Assembly (NCBI GenBank): GCA_029572955.1
Contig: JAKPQE010000034.1
Location: forward strand, 116,968 to 180,967
Direction: 5' to 3'
DNA: 64,000 bases
Origin: Pseudomonadota bacterium
GTDB lineage: Bacteria; Pseudomonadota; Alphaproteobacteria; Rhizobiales; JAKPQE01
The notes under the pieces were generated by a model. The model worked only from the letters and a program-made list of their open reading frames with translations. It searched no databases and was not told where the DNA came from. A program made the position numbers and the translations under genes. Shown in pieces: positions 18,981 to 28,855 of the stretch (position 1 is the first letter of the stretch; every line of letters begins with the position of its first letter).

Positions 18981-19748
18981 ATGCAGCTCGGCAGGGATAT
19001 TTCGGCGGTCGTGACCGGCGGGGCCTCGGGTCTCGGCGAGGGCGTCGTCCGGGCGCTCGTCGGCCGCGGCGTCCGCGTCGCGATCTTCGACCGTGGCGAG
19101 GCGGCAGGCGCCCGTGTCGCCGCCGAGACCGGCGCGCTCTTTTGTGCCGTCGACGTCGGCGATCCGGCAAGCGTCGCCGAAGGTTTTGCCGCGGCGCGCG
19201 CCGCGAACGGAGCAGAGCGCGTGCTCGTTGCCTGCGCCGGCATTGCCCCGGCCGAGCGCACCGTGACGAAAAGAGGCGCCCACGATCCGGCGATCTTCGA
19301 GCGCGCCGTCCGCGTCAATCTCCTCGGCGTCTTCAATTGCGCGACGCAGGCCGCCGCCGCCATGGCCGCCCTCGAGCCCGTCGGCCCGGGCGGCGAGCGC
19401 GGCGTCATCGTCAACACCGCCTCGATCGCCGCCTATGAGGGCCAGATCGGCCAGATCGCCTATGCCGCCTCGAAGGCGGGCGTTGCCGGCATGACGCTGC
19501 CGATGGCCCGCGACCTCGCCCGCCACGCCATCCGCGTCGTCGCCATCGCCCCCGGCCTCTTCATGACGCCGATGATCGCCGGGTTTTCGCAAGAAATTCA
19601 GGATGCCCTCGTATCGAAGCTCGAATTCCCGCGCCGCCCCGGCGCGCCCGAGGAATTCGCCGCGCTGGTGCTTCATATCTGCGAGAATGCCATGCTCAAT
19701 GGCGAGGTCGTGCGCCTCGACGGCGCCTACCGGATGCCGCCGGCCTGA
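18981..19748 (+). CDS. SDR family oxidoreductase (3-hydroxyacyl-CoA dehydrogenase type-2-like)
   Basis: ORF 18942..19748 trimmed to ATG 18981. TGGASGLG cofactor motif and YAASKAGV catalytic motif. Confidence 0.85.
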   Translation: MQLGRDISAVVTGGASGLGEGVVRALVGRGVRVAIFDRGEAAGARVAAETGALFCAVDVGDPASVAEGFAAARAANGAERVLVACAGIAPAERTVTKRGAHDPAIFERAVRVNLLGVFNCATQAAAAMAALEPVGPGGERGVIVNTASIAAYEGQIGQIAYAASKAGVAGMTLPMARDLARHAIRVVAIAPGLFMTPMIAGFSQEIQDALVSKLEFPRRPGAPEEFAALVLHICENAMLNGEVVRLDGAYRMPPA

Positions 19749-19792
19749 ACCGCCGGCGCCGGACCTTTCGCCAAACCCGAAGGCATTGCCCC

Positions 19793-21328
19793 ATGGATAT
19801 CGGCTCCCTCCTGCCCCGCCACGCAAGGTTCCGGCCCGACCACACCTGCTTCGTCTTCGGCGGGCGCCGCTTCAGCTATCGCGAGTTCAATGCCGAGGTG
19901 AACCGCCTCGCCAACGCCATGCTCGGCGCGGGGCTGGAGAAGGGCGAGAAGATCGCGACGGTGCTGCCCAATTGCCTCGAACTGATGGTCGCCTATTGGG
20001 CCGCGGCGAGGATCGGTGTCGTCATCGTGCCGTCGAGCCCGCTGCTGCAGGCCTCGGGGCTGAAGACGCTGCTCGCCGATTCCGACACCGTCCTCGTCCT
20101 TGCCGATGCCCGCTTCGCCGAAACCCTCGGTGCCATCCGCGCCGACCTGCCGGCGATCGCCGACGACCGCTACGTGCTCGTCGGCGGCGCGGCGGCGGGC
20201 TTCCGCACCTATGGCGATTTCGTCGCCGGCGCCTCGCCGGACAATCCGGCCGTCGCCGGCAACAGCGGCTCGGACGACTACAACATCATGTATACGAGCG
20301 GCACGACCGGCGCGCCGAAGGGCATCGTCCACACCCACCAGATCCGCGCCATGTATTGCACGCTGTTCGCCGAGGCCTGGCGCATGACGCCGGAAAGCAT
20401 CGTGCTGCACGCCGGCGCCATCGTCTTCAACGGTGCCATGCTCGACCTGATGCCGTGGATGTATCTCGGCGCGACCTACATCCTGCACGAGGCCTTCGAC
20501 CCGGCCCGCGTCATCGCCGAGATCGAGAAGGAACGGGTGACCCACGTCATCATGGTTCCCTCGCAGATCATGGCGCTCCTGAACCATCCCGATTTCGACC
20601 CGGCAAAGCTCGCCTCGCTCGAAATGATCCAGAGCGTCGGCGCGCCGCTGCTCCTTGAATACAAGAACCGGCTGAACGAGGCCCTGCCCAACCGCTTCTA
20701 CGAGCTCTACGGCCTCACCGAGGGTTTCGTCACCATCCTCGACCGCGACGACGCCATGCGCAAGGCCGGCTCGGTCGGCTGTCCGCCGCCGTTCTTCGAG
20801 ATGCGCATCCTCGACGCCGACGGCCGCGACTGCCCGCCCGGCACGGTCGGCGAGATCTGCGGCCGCGGCCCGATCCTGATGAAGGAATACTACAAGCGCC
20901 CCGACCTCACGGCCGCCGCCGTCGTCGACGGCTGGCTCCGCTCCGGTGATCTCGGCATGGTCGACGAGGAGGGCTACCTCTATCTCGTCGACCGCAAGAA
21001 GGACATGATCATCTCCGGCGGCGTCAACGTCTATCCGAAGGACATCGAGGAGATCGCCGTCCAGCATCCGGACGTGAGGGACGCTGCCGTCTTCGGCGCG
21101 CCGGACGACAAATGGGGCGAGACGCCCGTCGCCGCCATCGTGCCGATCGACGGCGCAAGCGCCGATCCGGCGGCGATCCGCGACTGGGTCAACGAGCGCG
21201 TCGGCGCCAAGTTCCAGCGCCTCGCCGAGGTGGTCGTCCTCGATGCCTTCCCGACCAATGTCGCCGGCAAGACGCTGAAGCGCGAGATCGCCGAGCGCTA
21301 TATCGCCGGGCGGAAAAAGCCGGCCTGA
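19793..21328 (+). CDS. class I adenylate-forming acyl-CoA synthetase (long-chain-fatty-acid-CoA ligase-like)
   Basis: 511 aa. AMP-binding motifs YTSGTTGAPKG, YGLTE, SGDLG, and GKTLKRE at the C-terminus. Confidence 0.88.
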   Translation: MDIGSLLPRHARFRPDHTCFVFGGRRFSYREFNAEVNRLANAMLGAGLEKGEKIATVLPNCLELMVAYWAAARIGVVIVPSSPLLQASGLKTLLADSDTVLVLADARFAETLGAIRADLPAIADDRYVLVGGAAAGFRTYGDFVAGASPDNPAVAGNSGSDDYNIMYTSGTTGAPKGIVHTHQIRAMYCTLFAEAWRMTPESIVLHAGAIVFNGAMLDLMPWMYLGATYILHEAFDPARVIAEIEKERVTHVIMVPSQIMALLNHPDFDPAKLASLEMIQSVGAPLLLEYKNRLNEALPNRFYELYGLTEGFVTILDRDDAMRKAGSVGCPPPFFEMRILDADGRDCPPGTVGEICGRGPILMKEYYKRPDLTAAAVVDGWLRSGDLGMVDEEGYLYLVDRKKDMIISGGVNVYPKDIEEIAVQHPDVRDAAVFGAPDDKWGETPVAAIVPIDGASADPAAIRDWVNERVGAKFQRLAEVVVLDAFPTNVAGKTLKREIAERYIAGRKKPA

Positions 21329-21350
21329 CCGGCAGCGGCGGCGCGGGCGG

Positions 21351-22292
21351 CTAGACGGCCGTCAGCGCCCGTCCCTCGCGGAACCAGCCGAGGAGATTGT
21401 CGCGCGTCAGGCGCGCCATCGCCTCGCGGGTCGGGATCGAGGCCGAGCCGACATGGGGGAGAAGCACGGCGTTGTCGCAGGCGATCAGCCGCTCCGGCAC
21501 GCGCGGCTCGTCCTCGTAGACGTCGAGCCCGGCGGCAAGGATCGCGCGGGATTCGAGCGCCTCGATCAGCGCTTCCGTGTCGACGAGGCTGCCGCGCCCG
21601 ACATTGACGAGAATGCCCGTCGGCCCGAGCGCTTCGAGCACCTCGGCATCGACCGCGTGCCGTGTCGCCGCCCCGCCGGGGGCTGCCGCGACGAGCACGT
21701 CGACATCGCGCGCCATCTCGACGAGGCTCGCATGGTAGCGCCAGGGCACGTCCTGGCGCGTGCGGCCGCAATAGGCGATCGGCATGTTGAAGGCCTCGGC
21801 ACGCCGGGCGATCGCCTTGCCGACCCGGCCGAGGCCATAGATGCCGAGGCGGCGGTCGGTGAGCGAGGCCGGCGTCAGCGGATAGGGCGCCTGCGGCCAG
21901 CGGCCCGCGCGCAGATAGCGCTCGGCCCTCGAAAGCTCGCGCACGGTCATCAACAGGAGCCCCATCGCCGTGTCGGCGGTCTCGTCGGTCAAGACGTCCG
22001 GCGTGTTGGTGACGACGATGCCGCGGGACTTGGCATAGGCCGCGTCGATGTTCTCGTAGCCGACGCCGAAGTTCGAGATGATCTCGAGCGCCGGCAGCCG
22101 GTCGATCAGCGCCGGGTCGACGCGCGCATGCGCATAGCTCGTCGCGATGCCGCGGATCTTCGGGGCGATCTCGGCAAGGAACGCCTCGCGGTCCGGCGCC
22201 TGCCACAGCCGATGGATCGTGTGGCCGGCCGCGCCGAGCCCGTCCTCCACGATCGCCATCATCGGCCCCGTCATCAGGATGTCGATCGTCAT
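21351..22292 (-). CDS. D-2-hydroxyacid dehydrogenase / glyoxylate-hydroxypyruvate reductase family
   Basis: Real 3' part of ORF 21351..23240. Start ATG 22292 (MTIDILMTGP). GIYGLGRVGKAIARR NAD motif, NVGRGSLVD, and HVGSAS. Confidence 0.85.
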   Translation of the reverse strand: MTIDILMTGPMMAIVEDGLGAAGHTIHRLWQAPDREAFLAEIAPKIRGIATSYAHARVDPALIDRLPALEIISNFGVGYENIDAAYAKSRGIVVTNTPDVLTDETADTAMGLLLMTVRELSRAERYLRAGRWPQAPYPLTPASLTDRRLGIYGLGRVGKAIARRAEAFNMPIAYCGRTRQDVPWRYHASLVEMARDVDVLVAAAPGGAATRHAVDAEVLEALGPTGILVNVGRGSLVDTEALIEALESRAILAAGLDVYEDEPRVPERLIACDNAVLLPHVGSASIPTREAMARLTRDNLLGWFREGRALTAV

Positions 22293-22297
22293 GCCGT

Positions 22298-23188
22298 CTA
22301 GTCCCCGGCCTTTTGCGGTCTTTCGCGGGCGATGAGATAGAGCCCGGACGCAATGACGATACCTGCCCCGACGATCGTCGTCAGCCCCGGCACCTCGCCG
22401 AAGACGAGGTAGCCGAAGGCGATCATGGTGATGATCTGGCCATAGGTGAAGGGGGCGAGCACCGGCGCCGGCGCCTGGCGATAGGCGAGGATGAGGAACC
22501 AGTGGCCGACCGCCCCGAAGACACCGAGGGAGAAGAGCAGCACCCATTGCAGCGCCGTCTGCGGCGTCTCCCAGACGAAGAACACGAGCGGCGCGATGAT
22601 CGCCGCCGGCAGGAAGGCCGAGAAGATCAGCATGCTTTGCGGCGAGTCGGTCGCCGCCAGCATGCGGGTCGTGATGAGATAAAGCGCGTAGCTGAGCGTG
22701 GCGCCGACCGAGAGCGAGGCCGCCCAGTGCAGTCCGCCGAGGCCCGGCCGCATGACGACGACGACACCGAGGAAGCCGACGGCGATCGCCGCCCAGCGCC
22801 GCGGGCCGGCCCATTCGCCGAGCAGCGGCCCGGCGAGCATCGCCACGATGAAGGGCGCGGCAAAGAAGATCGCCATCGTCTCGGAAAGCTGCAGATAGCG
22901 CAGGGCAAAGAAGTTGAACGCCGTCGCCCCGAACATGAAGAGCGCGCGCAACACCTGCAGGCCGATGCGGCCGCTGCGATAGAAAGCCGGCTGCGAGAAC
23001 GGATTCCACAGCACCAGCACGATCAGCGAGTGGCTGACGAAGCGCATCCACACGACCTCGAGCGACGGCAGGCTCTGGCCGAGATACTTCGCCGTGGTGT
23101 CGAGGCAGGCAAAGAAGGAAACGGCAATCAGCACGTAGCCGATGCCCTTCAGCCGCTCGCCGGGCGCGGCGTCCGCACCGGGGCTCAT
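22298..23188 (-). CDS. DMT superfamily (EamA) transporter
   Basis: 296 aa, about 10 TM helices, duplicated EamA halves. Stop lies 6 nt from the start of the downstream dehydrogenase. Confidence 0.8.
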   Translation of the reverse strand: MSPGADAAPGERLKGIGYVLIAVSFFACLDTTAKYLGQSLPSLEVVWMRFVSHSLIVLVLWNPFSQPAFYRSGRIGLQVLRALFMFGATAFNFFALRYLQLSETMAIFFAAPFIVAMLAGPLLGEWAGPRRWAAIAVGFLGVVVVMRPGLGGLHWAASLSVGATLSYALYLITTRMLAATDSPQSMLIFSAFLPAAIIAPLVFFVWETPQTALQWVLLFSLGVFGAVGHWFLILAYRQAPAPVLAPFTYGQIITMIAFGYLVFGEVPGLTTIVGAGIVIASGLYLIARERPQKAGD

Positions 23189-23405
23189 CGCCAGACGACC
23201 GGACCGGCGCCGCGACCGAAGGCGCGGGCCGGACGGGCACTCTCCCTCACGGCAGAACAGTCGAAGACCGCCGCCATCTGACCCTCATGCGCTCGGCTAA
23301 TCGTAAGCCGCGCACTCTAGCGGTCGTCTGTCGGGCGAGCCAGCGCGTTTGCGCATGCACCCCATTTGCCGGATGCATGGATCGAACCGGCGGATGCGGC
23401 GGGTG

Positions 23406-23927
23406 TCAGACGGTCTCGTCGAAGGTCTCGTCGGTATCGACGCCCTCGTCGCCCGGTACCTCCTCGGCCGCGAGCGGCGGCGTCTCCTCGGGTTCCCCGG
23501 TAGCGCCGAGATTGGTCTCGACCTGCTTGAGGAGCTTGCGCAGTTTCTTGCGGTCCTTGTCGGTCATGCCGACAAGGGCGATGCGCTCCAGACGCTTCCA
23601 GGCATCGGCGATGCCTTCGGCCCGTGCCCGTCCCTCCTCGGTGAGGTAGACGCGCGCGAGCCGGGCATCGCGATCGGCCGATTCCCGACGCACGAAGCCC
23701 TGCGCCCCGAGGCGCGAGATCATCTTGGTGACAGTTGGCGGACGCACATTGAGCGCCTCGGCAATCGCTCCCATTGTCTGCCCGTCGATTTCGGACAGCA
23801 CCTTGAGCAAGGCATCCTGACCAGGATGCACATCGAGTGCACTGAGTTCGCTGGCCGCTCGGTTGCGATACAGCTTGGCAGCCTGCGTCAGCCTGTAGGT
23901 TGCCGACTTTCGGTAGTCGTAAACCAT
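23406..23927 (-). CDS. MarR family transcriptional regulator with acidic C-terminal tail
   Basis: ORF 23406..24125 trimmed to ATG 23927 (MVYDYRKSATYRL). Winged helix QTMGAIAEALNVRPPTVTKMISRLGAQGFVRRESADRDARLARVYLTEEG. Confidence 0.85.
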   Translation of the reverse strand: MVYDYRKSATYRLTQAAKLYRNRAASELSALDVHPGQDALLKVLSEIDGQTMGAIAEALNVRPPTVTKMISRLGAQGFVRRESADRDARLARVYLTEEGRARAEGIADAWKRLERIALVGMTDKDRKKLRKLLKQVETNLGATGEPEETPPLAAEEVPGDEGVDTDETFDETV

Positions 23928-24128
23928 TTTTTCCCCCTCGGCTGACGGTGGGAGACTCCTGCCCCACCTATCGCATTTTTCACCAAGGGCAAGAATCCTC
24001 GAAGCGACTTGAGCACTTGGTGAGCGCGACCCATGGCCGCAATGGAACGTTCCTGACGCTGGAAGGATTAACGCGATCCGGGTCTTAGAACAATTCCACC
24101 CTATGGAATTAGGAATTTTATCCACATC

Positions 24129-24929
24129 TTACCGTGCGGCAAGCTGTCCCATCGCGCGGCGCAACGCCAGCGAAATGGCCGCCGCGCGGTCGGCGAAATC
24201 GGCCGAAAGGCGGAAATCCGGCTGGCGCGGATGGGCGACGTCGACGGCGAATTCCTCGGCGATCGGCCCCGGCCCGGCCTGCATGACGAGAACCCGGCTG
24301 GAGAGGTAGACCGCCTCGTAGACGCTGTGGGTGACGAAGATCACCGTCCAGCCGTGCCGCTCCCAGAGCGCCATCAGGTCGTCGTTGAGCCGGAACCGCG
24401 TGATCTCGTCGAGCGCGGCGAACGGCTCGTCCATCAGGAGGAGGCGCGGCGCGGCGACGATCGCCCGGGCGATCGAGACGCGCATGCGCATGCCGCCGGA
24501 GAGTTCGCGCGGCAGCTTGTGGTGCGCATCGGCCATGCCGACCATCTCGAGCGCCGCCATTACCCGGCCCTCTGCCTCGGCGCGCGAGACGCCTTTCAGC
24601 TTCAGCGGCAGGTGGACATTGGCGAAGGCGTCGGCCCAGGGCATCAGCGTCGGGTCCTGGAAGACATAGCCGATCGAGCCGGCCGACACCTCGCCGGAGC
24701 GCCGGATCTCGCCGCGCGTCGGCGCCTCGAGCCCGGCGACGAGCCTGAGGAGCGAGGTCTTGCCGCAGCCGGACGGGCCGACGAGGCTGACGAACTCGCC
24801 GGCCGCGACGGCAAGGTCGATGCCGTCGAGAACGAGCCCGTCCTCGGCGAACTCCTTGCCGACACCTTTCAGCCGCACGATCGTCTCGGCCACCCGCCTT
24901 GCACTCCTCTCCTTGCAACGGCACGCCAT
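24129..24929 (-). CDS. ABC transporter ATP-binding protein (NitT/TauT-type), no cognate permease or binding protein adjacent
   Basis: Walker A GPSGCGKTS, signature LSGGMRMR, Walker B LLLMDEPF. An alternative GTG start at 24893 has a better upstream AAGGAG. Confidence 0.85.
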   Translation of the reverse strand: MACRCKERSARRVAETIVRLKGVGKEFAEDGLVLDGIDLAVAAGEFVSLVGPSGCGKTSLLRLVAGLEAPTRGEIRRSGEVSAGSIGYVFQDPTLMPWADAFANVHLPLKLKGVSRAEAEGRVMAALEMVGMADAHHKLPRELSGGMRMRVSIARAIVAAPRLLLMDEPFAALDEITRFRLNDDLMALWERHGWTVIFVTHSVYEAVYLSSRVLVMQAGPGPIAEEFAVDVAHPRQPDFRLSADFADRAAAISLALRRAMGQLAAR

Positions 24930-24984
24930 GACGCATAGCGTGCGGTGCGGGATCGCGCGAGGAAAAAACCGGAGGAACCGAGGA

Positions 24985-25773
24985 ATGCGCCTGCCCCGGC
25001 TCTGGGAGGAAATGACGAGCGCGGCACTGGCCGAGGCCGAGACCGCCGGCCTCGTCGCCGTCCTGCCGATCGCCGCCGTCGAGCAGCACGGCCCTCATCT
25101 GCCGCTCGGCACCGACCGCATCATCGCCGACGGTTTCGTCGCCCGCGTCATCGAGCTGATGCCCGACGACCTGCCGGCCGTATTCCTGCCGACCGTCGCC
25201 GTCGGCCGCTCCGGCGAGCATTCGAGCTTCCCGGGGACGCTCGCCGCCGGCTGGGACACCTTCACCCGCCTCCTCATCGAGATCGGCGAGGCGGTCAACG
25301 ACGCCGGCATCGACAGAATGGTGATCGTCAATTCCCATGGCGGCAACGTCGCGGCGATGGATACCGCCGCACTCGAACTGCGCATCCGCCGCGCCATGAC
25401 CGTCGCTGCCACCAACTGGTATCGCTTCGGCCACCCGGAAGGCGCCTATCCGGAAGACGAGCTGAAGCTCGGCATCCATGGCGGCATGCTCGAGACCTCG
25501 ATCATGCTGCACCTGCGCCCCGATCTGGTGGCGACCGACAGGCTTGCCGACTTCCCCTCCGCCCAGAGCCGCTTCGCCGGCGCGTTCAAGCGCCTCAGGG
25601 TGCACGGGCCGGTGCAGTTCGGCTGGCTCGCCGAGGACCTCAACCCCGAAGGGGTCACGGGAAACGCCGCCGGCGCGATGGCCGGGAAGGGCGCCCGCTC
25701 GATCGACCACGGCGCCCGCGCCTTCGTCGAGCTTCTCGACGACATGGCCCGGCTCGACACGATCGCCGGCTGA
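24985..25773 (+). CDS. creatininase family amidohydrolase
   Basis: ORF 24760..25773 trimmed to ATG 24985, preceded by GGAGGA. LPIAAVEQHGPHLPLGTD...VNSHGGN...GIHGGMLETS. Confidence 0.85.
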   Translation: MRLPRLWEEMTSAALAEAETAGLVAVLPIAAVEQHGPHLPLGTDRIIADGFVARVIELMPDDLPAVFLPTVAVGRSGEHSSFPGTLAAGWDTFTRLLIEIGEAVNDAGIDRMVIVNSHGGNVAAMDTAALELRIRRAMTVAATNWYRFGHPEGAYPEDELKLGIHGGMLETSIMLHLRPDLVATDRLADFPSAQSRFAGAFKRLRVHGPVQFGWLAEDLNPEGVTGNAAGAMAGKGARSIDHGARAFVELLDDMARLDTIAG

Positions 25774-25781
25774 AACGAGAA

Positions 25782-25804
25782 AAGGCCGGCGCAAAGCCGG
25801 CCTT
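25782..25804. terminator. bidirectional hairpin between the convergent creatininase and korB genes
   Basis: aaggccggc-gcaaa-gccggcctt, a 9-bp perfect stem flanked by A/T runs. Confidence 0.55.
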
Positions 25805-25829
25805 CCCGAAATTTCGACGTCCGCTCGCC

Positions 25830-26840
25830 TCAGGCGACATGCCAGGTGTTGCCCGAACGCAGCGCCTTGTCGAGCCGCTGCAGCAGCGTCGGCGCGTCGT
25901 GCTCGACCGGCTCCAGCTTGTCGGCGAAGCTCGCCTCCGGATGGGCGTAGAGCACGCCGACCGGCAGCGGAAACACCGTCGTGTCGAGATCGGCGAGCAT
26001 CGTCGCGATCGCCCGGTTGTTCTCGTCGTGGACGAGAATGTCGGCCTCGGTCACGCCGTTCTCGCCGATCGTCACCATGTCGAGGGCGAGCGTCCCGGTG
26101 TTGAAGCGGATGCCGCGATTGCGCTCGCGCCCGAAGATCATCGGCTGGCCGTGGACGAGCTGCAGCTGGCGGTCGGCGATCACCGACTTCTCGGCGACGT
26201 CGTCGAACGAGCCGTCGTTGAAGACGAGGCAGTTCTGCAGCACCTCGACGAAGGCGGCGCCGTGATAGGCATGCGCCCGCTTGATCGTCTCGAGCAGCAT
26301 GCCCTGGGTGGTGTCGACGCCGCGGGCGACGAAGCGCGCGCCGGCGCCGATCGCGAAGCGCAGCGGATGCACCGGCTCGTCGAGCGTGCCGCGCGGGCTC
26401 GTCGGCGTCTTCAGACCGACCTTCGAGGTCGGCGAGGCCTGGCCCTTGGTCAGGCCGTAGATCTCGTTGTTGAGCAGCAGGTAGGTCATGTCGACGTTAC
26501 GGCGCAGCACGTGCAAGAGGTGGTTGCCGCCGATGGCGAGGCTGTCGCCGTCGCCCGAGACCACCCAGACGTCGAGCTTGGGATTGGCCAGCTTGACGCC
26601 CGTCGCCACCGCCGCCGCGCGGCCGTGGATCGTGTGGAAGCCGTAGGTTTCCATGTAGTACGGAAAGCGCGACGAGCAGCCGATGCCCGAGACGAACACC
26701 GTCTCGGCCGGATCGGAACCGGCGTCCGCCAGCACCTTCTGCACCGCCTTGATCACCGAGTAGTTGCCGCAGCCGGGGCACCAGCGCACTTCCTGGTCGG
26801 AGGCGTAGTCCTTGGGCTTCAGGGGCGTCTGCAGGGTCAT
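25830..26840 (-). CDS. korB: 2-oxoglutarate/2-oxoacid:ferredoxin oxidoreductase subunit beta
   Basis: 336 aa. WCPGCGNYS, the TPP-binding GDGD...NNEIYGLTKGQ. Confidence 0.9.
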   Translation of the reverse strand: MTLQTPLKPKDYASDQEVRWCPGCGNYSVIKAVQKVLADAGSDPAETVFVSGIGCSSRFPYYMETYGFHTIHGRAAAVATGVKLANPKLDVWVVSGDGDSLAIGGNHLLHVLRRNVDMTYLLLNNEIYGLTKGQASPTSKVGLKTPTSPRGTLDEPVHPLRFAIGAGARFVARGVDTTQGMLLETIKRAHAYHGAAFVEVLQNCLVFNDGSFDDVAEKSVIADRQLQLVHGQPMIFGRERNRGIRFNTGTLALDMVTIGENGVTEADILVHDENNRAIATMLADLDTTVFPLPVGVLYAHPEASFADKLEPVEHDAPTLLQRLDKALRSGNTWHVA

Positions 26841-26844
26841 GGCG

Positions 26845-28758
26845 TCAACCCTCCTTGATCAGGCTGCGCACCGCGACGGCGATCTCGTCGACCGCGAACG
26901 GCCGGCCGGACACCTTGTTGAGCGGCTTGGCATCGATGAGATATTCGGCGCGGATCAGCGTCACGAGCTGTCCGGTGTTCATCTCCGGCACGATGACGTG
27001 CTCGAAGCCCTTCAGGAGATCGCCGAGATTGGCTGGCATCGGCCAGATGTGGCGCAGGTGGATGTGGCTGACCTTCAGCCCCTCGGCGCGCAGGTCGGCG
27101 ACCGCGTCGGTGATGGCGCCATAGGTCGAGCCCCAGCCGACGACCGCGACGTCGCCGGTCGTCTCGCCGAGGGTCGGCGCCTGCGCCGGGATCGCCCGGG
27201 CGATGCCGAGGATCTTGTCGCGGCGGATATCGGTCATCTTCTGGTGGTTGGCCGGGTCGTAGGAGACCTCGCCGCTGCCGTCCTGGCGCTCGAGGCCGCC
27301 GATCCGGTGGATCGTGCCCTGCGTGCCCGGCACCACCCACGGCCGCTTCAGCGTCTCCGGATCGCGCATATAGGGCGCGAAGTTTTCCGGCACGGCGTGC
27401 GCGTCCGCGCTGCGCCGTTCGAGCGCCGAGAGGTCCGGGATGCGCCAGGGCTCGGAGGCATTGGCGAGATAGCCGTCGGTCAGCACCACGACCGGCGTCA
27501 TGTAGTCGACGGCGAGTTCCACCGCCTCGCGCGCCACCTCGAAGCCGTCGGACGGCGAGGACACCGAGAGCACCGCGAGCGGCGTATCGCCGTTGCGACC
27601 CATCACCGCCTGATAGAGGTCGGACTGCTCGGTCTTGGTCGGAAGACCCGTCGAGGGCCCGCCGCGCTGCACGTTGATGACGACCAGCGGCAGCTCGGCC
27701 GCGACGGCGAGGCCCAGCGCCTCGGTCTTCAGCGCCATGCCCGGGCCGGACGTGCCGGTGATGCCGACGGCGCCGGCATAGGACGCGCCGATCGCCGCGC
27801 AGGCCGCCGCGATCTCGTCCTCGGCCTGGAAGATGCGCACGCCCTGGTCGCCGCCGAGCTTGGCGAGGAGGTGCAGCATGGTCGAGGCCGGAGTGATCGG
27901 ATAGGAGCAGTAGACCGGATCGAGGCCGTACTGCTCGCAGCCGGCGATGAGGCCGAAGACGATGGCATCGGCGCCGGTGACCGAACGATAATCGCCGGCC
28001 GGCAGCCGCGCCGGCGGCACCGCGACCGGTTCGATCGTCGAGGGCAGGCCGACCGTCTCGCCATAGGCGAAGCCGGCATCGAGGGCGGCGCGGTTGATCT
28101 TCAGAACCTGGTCGTTCTTCTTGAACTTCTTCTCGATCCACGCGGCGGTCGTCTTGCGGTCGCGGCCGTAGAGCCAGAGAACGAGGCCGAGCGCCCACAT
28201 GTTCTTGGCGCGCAGCGCTTCCTTCTTCGACGTGCTGTCGATGTCGGGGATCGCCTCGACCGTGTTCATCGTCAGCTTGGAGATGTCGGGGGCGAGCACG
28301 CGATAGGCCTCGAGGCTGCCATCCTCGAGCGGATTGGCGGCAAAGCCGGCCTTCTGCAGGTTGCGCGTCGTGAATGCGCCGGCGTCGGCGATCAGCAGGC
28401 CGTCCTTCTTGAGGTCCTTCAGCGCCGCCTTGAGCGCCGCCGGGTTGAAGGCGACGAGCGCGTCGAGGCTGTCGCCGGGCGTGTGGATGTCGTGGCCGGC
28501 GAGCTGCAGCTGGAACGAGGAGACGCCGGCGACCGAACCCTGCGGCGCGCGGATCTCGGACGGATAGTCCGGGAAGGTGGCGATATCGGCGCCGCCGATC
28601 GCCGCCTCGAGGCCGAACTGGCTGCCCGTCACCTGGATGCCGTCGCCGGAATCGCCGGCAAAACGGATCACCGCGGATTCGACGGTCCGCCGCACATCGG
28701 TTGCAGTCGACGATGCCGTCGCGTTGCCTTGAACGGTCATGAAATCTGCTCCGGCCAT
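26845..28758 (-). CDS. korA: 2-oxoglutarate/2-oxoacid:ferredoxin oxidoreductase subunit alpha (fused alpha/gamma)
   Basis: 637 aa. N-terminal gamma-like domain followed by the alpha domain (YPITPAS...GTSGPGMALK). 4 nt upstream of korB. Confidence 0.9.
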   Translation of the reverse strand: MAGADFMTVQGNATASSTATDVRRTVESAVIRFAGDSGDGIQVTGSQFGLEAAIGGADIATFPDYPSEIRAPQGSVAGVSSFQLQLAGHDIHTPGDSLDALVAFNPAALKAALKDLKKDGLLIADAGAFTTRNLQKAGFAANPLEDGSLEAYRVLAPDISKLTMNTVEAIPDIDSTSKKEALRAKNMWALGLVLWLYGRDRKTTAAWIEKKFKKNDQVLKINRAALDAGFAYGETVGLPSTIEPVAVPPARLPAGDYRSVTGADAIVFGLIAGCEQYGLDPVYCSYPITPASTMLHLLAKLGGDQGVRIFQAEDEIAAACAAIGASYAGAVGITGTSGPGMALKTEALGLAVAAELPLVVINVQRGGPSTGLPTKTEQSDLYQAVMGRNGDTPLAVLSVSSPSDGFEVAREAVELAVDYMTPVVVLTDGYLANASEPWRIPDLSALERRSADAHAVPENFAPYMRDPETLKRPWVVPGTQGTIHRIGGLERQDGSGEVSYDPANHQKMTDIRRDKILGIARAIPAQAPTLGETTGDVAVVGWGSTYGAITDAVADLRAEGLKVSHIHLRHIWPMPANLGDLLKGFEHVIVPEMNTGQLVTLIRAEYLIDAKPLNKVSGRPFAVDEIAVAVRSLIKEG

Positions 28759-28855
28759 TTCGGGAATCTTGGGGTCACAAGCTCTAATATAGGGCTGGAA
28801 TCCTTAAGACATGACTTTTGTCAACAGAATCGGCCCGGCGTCTTGATTCTTTCGA

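Noticed and set aside
28759-28855. AT-rich spacer upstream of korA, examined for an FNR/FixK box (TTGAT-N4-ATCAA) that would tie korAB to low-oxygen control
   Set aside because: Only a TTGACA hexamer and scattered A/T runs are present. I could not find a convincing FNR/FixK dyad by eye.
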